Source of the DNA: Deinococcus radiodurans R1 = ATCC 13939 = DSM 20539
GTDB taxonomy: Bacteria > Deinococcota > Deinococci > Deinococcales > Deinococcaceae
Assembly: GCF_000008565.1 (NCBI RefSeq)
Contig: NC_001264.1
Span: 95,417 to 127,416 of the forward strand
Direction of reading: 5' to 3'
DNA: 32,000 nt
Part shown: positions 25,465 through 32,000 of the stretch, piece by piece
Position numbering within the stretch: the stretch's first letter is position 1
Layout: each line of letters starts with the position of its first letter
Notes under the pieces: generated by a model
The model's input: only the letters and a program-made list of their open reading frames with translations
Told to the model about the DNA's origin: nothing
Databases searched by the model: none
Translations under genes and position numbers: made by a program

Positions 25465-27159
25465 GTGGCGAGGCTCAGCGAGCAGGCCGCCCGCCGCTGG
25501 GTGGGCCCCCGCGAGTGGCAAAAGGGCCAGCCGTACCTGCGCCGTCTGGACGACCTGAGCCAGCGTCAGGCGGCGCGGGGCACCGAATACCGCGCCGTAG
25601 CTCAGGGGCAGCGGCGCTACCGGGTATCGGCCACAGTGAGGGAAGGCCGGGTGCTCGACGCGAGCTGCACCTGCCCGGTGGGCAGCGGCGCGTGCAAGCA
25701 TGTGGCGGCGCTGCTGGCCCAGGTGGCCCAGGACCCGGCGGCCTTCGACGCTGACCAGGACCTCGGCAGCGTGCTCGGCGCCCTCGACCGGCCCGCGCTG
25801 GAACGGCTGGTGCGCCGCCTGCTGGCGCGGGCTCCGGAACTCGAAGAACTGGTCTACGCCCAGGCCGGCCTGACGAGCGCCGACGACCTGACCTCGCGCA
25901 TCGAGGCCGCGTTTGCCGATTTCGCCGAGGGCCTGACCCTGGACGAGTTGCTCGACCTGGAAGAAGAGCCTGCCAGCGAGGAGCTCGACCTGCTGCTCGA
26001 CGAACTCGGGACCCTGCTTGAAGAGCTGGATGAAGGGGACGAGGAGCAGGCGGCAGCGCTGGCCCAGGGTTACCTCGCGCTGCTGGACGGGGTGCAGGCG
26101 TTCTATGAGCGCCTCGACATCGACTTTGGCCTCGACGGGGTGGCGCAGGAGGCCCTGGCGGGGCTCTACAGCCTCTTTACCCACGCCGAGCTTGAGGGCG
26201 ACGTGCGCGAAGAGGCGCTCGAAGCCATTCGGCTGGAAATGACGAGTGGCCGCGTGGCCTACGACGAGGACTTTCGCGGCTGGGTGCTGGTGCTGCGCCC
26301 CGATGAGCAGCGCGAGGTGCAGCAGTTGCTCGAATCCCTCTCGCGCGGCAGCGGTCCCCGGCAACACGCCGCGCTGCGCGGCCTGCTCGACCTGCGCGGC
26401 GGCCCCCGCAGTGACGCGGACGAGGAAGCGCTGCTGCGGGCCGGACACAGCCCGAGTCGGCTGGGCCTGTTTTTAGCGCAGCGCGGGCGGACCGGGGAAG
26501 CAGTACAGACCTTGCAGACCGTGCGGGGGCCTCTGCCCTTTGCCGAGCTGCGCGGGCCGTTCGAGCGGGCGGGGGCGCTGGCCGAATTGGAACAGCTTGC
26601 CCTCTCACGCACGAGCGTGGGCCGTGACGAGGCGCGGCTGTGGCTGCACAGGGTGTACCTCGGCAGCGGGCGGCGTGAGCAAGCCCACGCGCTGGCGTGG
26701 CAGGAAGTGGTGAGTAGCAACCGCGCCGAGTGGCTGGCCGCCCTTAAGCGGGGCAGCGTGGACTGGCCGGCTGACCGTGAAACGCTCATCACCCGCCTGC
26801 GTGGGCAGCGGGGTGCTCAGCAGCGTTTGCTCGACTTGTTGCTGGCCGAGGGGCTGGCAGATCAGGCGTTCGAGTTGGTCAGCGACGCGGGAGACACGCT
26901 GGCGCCGGTACTCGCTTTGCAGGTGGCGGCCCTTCCCGGCCTGAGCGACGAGCGCGCCGCCCTGCTCTCAGTGCAGGTCGCGCAGCGCCTCGCCGCCGGG
27001 CGCCACCGCCGCGCCTATGCCGAAGCCGCCACTGCGCTGCAGCCCCTGCTGGGGCGGCTGGGCCAGCGTGAAACTCGTCAACTGGTCGCCGCCGCCTTCC
27101 CGGAAAGCTCCCGGCTGCCCGCCCTGCGCGACGAACTTCGCAAGGCGGGATTGCTGTAG
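25465..27159 (+). CDS. SWIM zinc-finger domain protein with long alpha-helical/acidic C-terminal region
   Basis: SWIM CxCxnCxH signature CTCPVGSGACKH. The GTG at 25465 lies 5 nt after the metallophosphoesterase stop. The upstream part of ORF 25132-27159 overlaps that gene and is R-rich junk. Confidence 0.65.
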   Translation: MARLSEQAARRWVGPREWQKGQPYLRRLDDLSQRQAARGTEYRAVAQGQRRYRVSATVREGRVLDASCTCPVGSGACKHVAALLAQVAQDPAAFDADQDLGSVLGALDRPALERLVRRLLARAPELEELVYAQAGLTSADDLTSRIEAAFADFAEGLTLDELLDLEEEPASEELDLLLDELGTLLEELDEGDEEQAAALAQGYLALLDGVQAFYERLDIDFGLDGVAQEALAGLYSLFTHAELEGDVREEALEAIRLEMTSGRVAYDEDFRGWVLVLRPDEQREVQQLLESLSRGSGPRQHAALRGLLDLRGGPRSDADEEALLRAGHSPSRLGLFLAQRGRTGEAVQTLQTVRGPLPFAELRGPFERAGALAELEQLALSRTSVGRDEARLWLHRVYLGSGRREQAHALAWQEVVSSNRAEWLAALKRGSVDWPADRETLITRLRGQRGAQQRLLDLLLAEGLADQAFELVSDAGDTLAPVLALQVAALPGLSDERAALLSVQVAQRLAAGRHRRAYAEAATALQPLLGRLGQRETRQLVAAAFPESSRLPALRDELRKAGLL

Positions 27160-27187
27160 GTGGAGGGCTCGGGGAGAGGGGCCGCGC

Positions 27188-28675
27188 TCAAAACTGGAGG
27201 GCCTTTACCTCCATAAATTCCTCCAGGCCCAGCCGCCCGAATTCGCGTCCGTTGCCCGACTGCTTGTAGCCGCCAAAAGGGGCCACCGGGTTGAAGGCGC
27301 CGCCGTTGATCGAAACCTGCCCGGTCCGCAGGCGGCGGGCGACCCGCACGGCACGCTCGCGGTCACTCGACCACACGCCGCCCGCCAGCCCGTAGTGGGT
27401 GGCGTTGGCGATGCGAACGGCGTCTTCCTCGTCCTCGTAAGGCTGAATGACGAGCACCGGCCCGAAAATCTCCTCGCGGGCAATGGTCATCTCCGGCGTC
27501 ACGTCCGAGAAGATGGTGGGCTGCACGTAGTAGCCGCGTTCCAGCCCCTCTGGCGACTCGGCGCCGCCCGCGATCAGCCGCGCGCCCTCGGCCACGCCCT
27601 GCCGGATATGGCCGCGCACCCGCTCGCGCTGCACGTCCGACACCAGCGGCCCCAGGGTGGTCGCGGCGTCGAAGGGGCTGCCGACCTTCACCTGTGAAAC
27701 GACCGCCTGCGCGACCGCTTCGACTTCGGGCAGACGCGAACGCGGCACCAGCATCCGGGTGAGCGCCGAGCAGGTCTGACCGGAGTTGAGGTAACAGCCC
27801 TGAATCCCGTTCATGACGGCCTGCACCAGCGCCTCACCGCTCAGGTCGGCGTCGTCCAGAATCAGGTACGGGCTCTTGCCACCGAGTTCGAGGGCGACCC
27901 GCTTGACGGTGCGCGCCGCGAGTTCGCTCACGCGCTTGCCCGCCGCCGTGGAGCCGGTAAACGACACCATATCCACCTCGGGGTGCGCGGCGAGCACCTC
28001 GCCCACCACCGGGCCGGTGCCGGTCACGAGGTTGAACACCCCCGCCGGGGCGCCCGCCGCCTCGATAATTTCGGCGAGCACGAAGGCGTTGAGCGGCGCC
28101 ACTTCGCTGGGCTTGAGCACCACCGTGCAGCCAGCGGCGAGCGCCGGAGCGACCTTGGCGGCAATCTGGTGCAGCGGATAGTTCCAGGGGGTAATGGCCG
28201 CCACCACGCCCACCGGCTCGCGCAGCAGCAGTGAACTGGCAAGCGTTTCCTCGGCGGGCAGCTGCCGGATTTCCTCGGCCATCGACATGAAGGTGACGGC
28301 GGGCAGCCCCACCTGAATCACGTTGCTGAGCACGAACGGCATCCCGACTTCCTGCGCGACCAGCGCGGCAATTTCGCTCTGGCGCTCGTTCAGGCCCCGG
28401 CTGATGCGCTCCAGCAGAGCGGCCCGCTCCTCGGCGGGGGTCTGCGACCACGAGTCGAAGGCGGCGCGGGCGGCCAGAATTGCGCGCTCGGCGTCCTCCG
28501 GCGTGCCTTCGGGCACCGTGCCCATGACTTCTTCGGTGGCCGAATTGACGACTTCCAGGGTGCCCTGACCGCAGGGCGTGACCCATTCCCCGCCGATAAA
28601 CAGGCGGTCACGAACCAGCAGGGGCGCGGCGGGCGGCGGGGTGGGCGCAGGGGAAACTTGAGGTTCAGCGGTCAT
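27188..28675 (-). CDS. NAD(P)-dependent aldehyde dehydrogenase
   Basis: 495 aa, with AAGGAG before the start. Family patterns are present: [38 protein letters not shown]. Confidence 0.85.
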   Translation of the reverse strand: MTAEPQVSPAPTPPPAAPLLVRDRLFIGGEWVTPCGQGTLEVVNSATEEVMGTVPEGTPEDAERAILAARAAFDSWSQTPAEERAALLERISRGLNERQSEIAALVAQEVGMPFVLSNVIQVGLPAVTFMSMAEEIRQLPAEETLASSLLLREPVGVVAAITPWNYPLHQIAAKVAPALAAGCTVVLKPSEVAPLNAFVLAEIIEAAGAPAGVFNLVTGTGPVVGEVLAAHPEVDMVSFTGSTAAGKRVSELAARTVKRVALELGGKSPYLILDDADLSGEALVQAVMNGIQGCYLNSGQTCSALTRMLVPRSRLPEVEAVAQAVVSQVKVGSPFDAATTLGPLVSDVQRERVRGHIRQGVAEGARLIAGGAESPEGLERGYYVQPTIFSDVTPEMTIAREEIFGPVLVIQPYEDEEDAVRIANATHYGLAGGVWSSDRERAVRVARRLRTGQVSINGGAFNPVAPFGGYKQSGNGREFGRLGLEEFMEVKALQF

Positions 28676-28736
28676 CGCAGGGCTCCTTGGAAGGGGGAAA
28701 AGGTGGGGACAGTGAGGAAAGGGCGGCCGGGAAAAC

Positions 28737-30800
28737 TCACTGCGGCGCCCCGGCTTCGGCGGTCAGCCCGGCGCTGTGGTGATGAGGCAGGCCGGAACCC
28801 GTTCCGCCGTCTGCACCCTCCATCGCCGCCAGCAGCTTCTCGGCGGTGCGCGAGGCGAGGGCCATGCACGACACCATCGGGTTCACGCCGCTGCAAGTCG
28901 GAAAGGCGCTGGTGTCACCGATCCACACGCCCGGCACGTCGTGGAGCTGTCCGTCGGGGTCGGCCACGCTGGTCTGGGGGTCGCTGCCCATGCGCGCCGA
29001 GCCCATCTGGTGGGCGCTGAAGACCGTCTGCCCGCCCGCGCCCAGCGGCACCTGCGCCACCTGCCCGATAAAAGCTTCGAGGTCGTCCCCGCGCCGCCAG
29101 GGAGCCACGCCGGGGGCGAGCGCGACGATTTCCTCGGCTCCGGCGGCCTCGTGGAGCCGGATGCTCTCGGTCACGCCGCGCCGGAAGTTGCGGGCGTCGA
29201 GGTCGTCGGTCAGGGCGTAGGTGTGTACTGCATTGCCCTCGTCATCCACCGTCACCTGCCCGTGTCCCCGGTCCTGCACGATGCTCACGAAGGTCGCCAT
29301 GCGGTGAAACTTGCTCATCAGGTCGCGGTGCGCCTCGCCGCCGGTCCAGGGCAGGCCCGACGCCATCAACGCAGGCCCGTACTGCACGCCCTCGATGATG
29401 AAGCCATGCCCGTTCTCGTGGTCGGCGAACTGCTTGAGAATCCCGCTCTGGGGCGGGCCCCACCACGCCCGCTGGTCCTCGCCGTAAATCCCGGCGACCA
29501 GTCCGGCGGGGTGCAGTCGCAGGTACCGACCTGCCGCCGGCCCGCCGATGCCCGAGCGCAGCAGCAGCGCGGGCGTTTCGAGCGCCCCGCACGCGACCAC
29601 GACCTGCGGCGCCCGCACGGTGATCTGGCGCGTTTCGTCCCCCATCGTCGTCACGGCGCTGACCCCGGCGGCCCGCCCGTCCTCGACGAGCACGCGCTGC
29701 GCCCGGGTGCCGACCAGAATCCGCGCCCCGGCCTCAAAGGCGTCTTTCAGGAAGGTGTTCAGGGTGCCCTGCTTGGCGCCGGTCTGGTCCCCGAAGCCCG
29801 CGTGCCCCGCCTTGTCGGCGTCGTAGTGCTCGGGGCTGAGGTTCAGGGCGGCCTTGACGAAGGTGTAGCCGAGTTTGTCGGCCCCCTCAACGAGGCGCTG
29901 GTGCGGCCCGTTGTGGTCGCTGCACTGCTCGCTGACGCCCATGCGCTCCAGCACCGCGTCGATGTGGCGGTCATAGCCGGGGTCGGCCACGTCGCTCAGG
30001 CCGTGCTCGCTCGCCCAGCGCTGGCGAATGTCGTCGCGTGGGGGCACCGAGTTCGACCAGTTGACCGTCGAGCCGCCGCCCAGGTTGGCCCCCGCCACCA
30101 GCGTCACGTTGCCGTCGGCGGTGGGGTGGTAGCCGCCCCGGTAGTACAGCGTCTGGTAGGCGGCGAGTTCGCGGCCCTGAAAGTGGGCCTCGTGGTAGTG
30201 CCCGCCTGCTTCGAGAACCACCACCCGTTTGCCCGCCTGCGCCAGCCGCGCCGCGATGACTCCGCCGCCCGACCCCGAGCCGACCACCACGGCGTCGGCT
30301 TCCAGCACCTCACCGTCTTGCGGAACATACGGCGTGATGGCTGAGTTGCGCTGCGGCGCGGGGCTGCTGAATCCCGCGTACTCGAACTGCGCCCACAGCG
30401 GGTTCTGGCCCTGTTCGTCGGTCATGCCGTAGCCGAACAGCAAGGAAAGCTGCCGCAGCGCCCCCAGCCCCGCCGCCGCTTCAGGCGCGATGCCGGAGAC
30501 CGTGCGGAGCAGCGTTTCGCGCACCGCCTGACTCTGCGCGGCAAAACTGAGCGAGGCGAGCGCGTCGAGCAGCCCCAGCAGCCCGGCGCGGGCCTCGGGG
30601 GGCAATTGGGTATTGAGATACCCCTCCAGGGCGAGGTGCACCCCCAGGTCGGACGCCGCCAGCTGCCAGAAGGGAACGTCGCCGCGTCCGGGCAGCGCGG
30701 GCAGCACCGTGTCGGCCAGCGCCCGCAGGGTGGCCTGCTGGACTGGGGTTAGTGGAGCCGGGGCCAGTGGTGCTGGAGTCGAGGAGTCGGGAACCGTCAT
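28737..30800 (-). CDS. GMC-family FAD oxidoreductase with long N-terminal extension (long-chain alcohol oxidase-like)
   Basis: AGGAGG lies 5 nt before the ATG at 30800. FAD fold: [20 protein letters not shown]-terminal GMC motif: [11 protein letters not shown]...[14 protein letters not shown]. The gene is 61 nt upstream of the aldehyde dehydrogenase on the same strand. Confidence 0.75.
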   Translation of the reverse strand: MTVPDSSTPAPLAPAPLTPVQQATLRALADTVLPALPGRGDVPFWQLAASDLGVHLALEGYLNTQLPPEARAGLLGLLDALASLSFAAQSQAVRETLLRTVSGIAPEAAAGLGALRQLSLLFGYGMTDEQGQNPLWAQFEYAGFSSPAPQRNSAITPYVPQDGEVLEADAVVVGSGSGGGVIAARLAQAGKRVVVLEAGGHYHEAHFQGRELAAYQTLYYRGGYHPTADGNVTLVAGANLGGGSTVNWSNSVPPRDDIRQRWASEHGLSDVADPGYDRHIDAVLERMGVSEQCSDHNGPHQRLVEGADKLGYTFVKAALNLSPEHYDADKAGHAGFGDQTGAKQGTLNTFLKDAFEAGARILVGTRAQRVLVEDGRAAGVSAVTTMGDETRQITVRAPQVVVACGALETPALLLRSGIGGPAAGRYLRLHPAGLVAGIYGEDQRAWWGPPQSGILKQFADHENGHGFIIEGVQYGPALMASGLPWTGGEAHRDLMSKFHRMATFVSIVQDRGHGQVTVDDEGNAVHTYALTDDLDARNFRRGVTESIRLHEAAGAEEIVALAPGVAPWRRGDDLEAFIGQVAQVPLGAGGQTVFSAHQMGSARMGSDPQTSVADPDGQLHDVPGVWIGDTSAFPTCSGVNPMVSCMALASRTAEKLLAAMEGADGGTGSGLPHHHSAGLTAEAGAPQ

Positions 30801-30933
30801 AGGGACCTCCTGGCCGTCCGGAGAGGCGGCGCGACACACCGGCAACAGGGCCAGTAGCCAGGCGCCGGGGCCGGGCGAACACATGATGAAGTTGGGGTGC
30901 CCCACTCTAGAAGCGACGGCTGGAGAGCGGCAA

Positions 30934-30947
30934 GGTAACTGGTTACC
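30934..30947. promoter_or_regulatory. Inverted repeat GGTAAC-TG-GTTACC, candidate operator upstream of the GMC/aldehyde dehydrogenase operon
   Basis: Two perfect 6-bp arms with a 2-nt spacer, in the 174-nt gap between the regulator stop (30975) and the GMC start (30800). The site is AT-richer than its surroundings. Confidence 0.3.
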
Positions 30948-30974
30948 GGGCCGACCAGTCAGCGGGTCTTCTGC

Positions 30975-31756
30975 TTATTGGGCTGCCAGGAGCCGCTGCG
31001 CCGCCGCGCCCACCGGCAAAAAGGTCACCAGCCACAGCTCGGGCAGGCCGACGACTTGCAGCCGCAGCACTTCGAGGTGCAGCGGGCCGTGTCCCGGCAG
31101 GCTGAGTGCCAGCGGCATCGCCGGGGTGGTGTCGGCGGACGCCTCGACATGCCGCCATAACCGGGGAAAATCGGGCAGGGCGTGCAGCCGCACCAGCAAC
31201 GCCTGCTGCGCGGGGGTGTGACTGAGGTGCCGCTGTCGCGCTTGAACTGCGCCAGCATGGCGCGCGCCCAGCCCTCCCAGTCGGGCAAGCGGGCGCGCAG
31301 GGCCGGGTCGAACACGTCCTCGAGCAGTGAGCCGCCCGCGAGCATCGGCACGCCCAGCACCCCAAACAGCCGTTCGAGCGGCCCGTTGGTATAGCCGACA
31401 ATCCAGCGGCTGTCGTGCAGCGCCGCCGGGTAGGGCAGCCCGTCCACCAGCTGCCGCGCCAGGGTGTGTGCCGCGTCCCCCGCGTCGCTGAGCGGTTGTT
31501 CGAGGTCCGGCCAGCCCGCCGCCGTCAGAAATTCCTGGCGCGCCTCGCCCTGCAACCCCAGCGCCGTGGCGAGCCGCAGCGCCACCGCCCGCGAGGGCCG
31601 CTGCCGGGCGCCGCCTTCGAGCTGGCTCACGTAAGGCCGGGTGCAGCGGGCCCGCCGCGCCAGTTCGCTCTGGCTCAGGCCCGCCGCGCCGCGCAGGGTT
31701 CCCAGCAGCGCGGCCAGCTCACGGCGCACCGGGGCAGGTGGCGCAGGCGGCGTCAT
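30975..31756 (-). pseudogene. MmyB-like/XRE-family helix-turn-helix regulator, frame broken at the G5 run 31211-31215
   Basis: HTH: GLSQSELARRARCTRPYVSQLEGG. After ...AQFKRDSGTSVTPP the frame degrades to Cys/Arg junk. The other frame reads AQQALLVRLHALPDFPRLWRHVEA...LVTFLPVG and stops at 30975. Adding one C (minus strand) to the C5 run restores a single ORF. The ATG at 31756 is preferred over 31819. Confidence 0.65.
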
Positions 31757-31766
31757 GGGAAGGCAG

Positions 31767-32000
31767 TCAGCCGGTCGGCGCGGGCCGCCGCCAGTCGTGC
31801 GCCGCGAGCGGCTGGGCACTGCCGCCCTGCACCACCTGCACCAGTTCGCTGAGGATGCTCAGGGCGATGCCCGCCGGGGACGACATCCCGAGGTCAAGGC
31901 CCGCCGGGGTCCGCACCCGTTCCAGTTGCGCGGCGTCGAGGCCGGTGTCTTCCAGAAAGCGCAGTACCGCGCCCCCCCGGCGGCGGCTGGCGAGCAGCGC
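31767..32000 (-). CDS. XdhC/CoxI-family accessory protein, C-terminal part only (start outside window)
   Basis: Manual minus-strand translation, open to the window edge: ...LEDTGLDAAQLERVRTPAGLDLGMSSPAGIALSILSELVQVVQGG...PAPTG*. The PAGLDLG...IALSILSE pattern is typical of the XdhC C-terminal domain. Confidence 0.5.
   Translation of the reverse strand, partial: ALLASRRRGGAVLRFLEDTGLDAAQLERVRTPAGLDLGMSSPAGIALSILSELVQVVQGGSAQPLAAHDWRRPAPTG

Noticed and set aside
30801-30905. Extension of the GMC ORF by 35 codons; likewise 24072-24410 for the hydratase and 31757-31819 for the regulator.
   Set aside because: For the GMC gene, a strong AGGAGG sits 5 nt before the ATG at 30800. For the hydratase, AGAGGAA precedes the ATG at 24071, which gives a product colinear with HpcG-length proteins. 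The regulator extension overlaps the XdhC-family gene end. The extra residues in each case are low-complexity.

Overview
High-GC bacterial DNA, Deinococcus-like by eye (low confidence). Nt 1 to ~17,890 is the late half of a siphovirus-type prophage. It lies entirely on the + strand and is tightly coupled by start/stop overlaps. In order it encodes: major capsid (5' end cut by the window), head-tail connector genes, an HK97-gp10-like protein, a tail completion protein, the major tail protein, and G/GT chaperones with a canonical GGGAAAA -1 slippery site. These are followed by a ~1,966-aa tape measure protein (TMP) with 4 x 76-aa plus 9 x 61-aa tandem repeats, distal tail proteins, a beta-helix tailspike, a low-GC moron, an HExxH lipoprotein, holin-like membrane proteins, a GH19 endolysin and a strong terminator. 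The only large gap in the head-tail operon (1699-1855) holds a tRNA-like RNA module with a non-canonical anticodon domain. It is flanked by a -10-like box and a terminator hairpin, and is my top candidate for something undescribed. At 18007-20735 sits an MmeI-family Type IIL restriction-modification gene, split by a 1-nt frameshift. The rest is ordinary chromosome: LLM oxidoreductase, class-III aminotransferase, HpaH-like hydratase, ArsC-like phosphatase, metallophosphoesterase, SWIM-domain protein, a GMC-oxidoreductase/aldehyde-dehydrogenase operon, an MmyB-like regulator and the end of an XdhC-family gene. Four genes (major tail, tape measure, MmeI-like, MmyB-like) are broken by single-nucleotide indels. 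This indicates either assembly errors or real decay. All functional calls come from motif recognition by eye; no searches were run.
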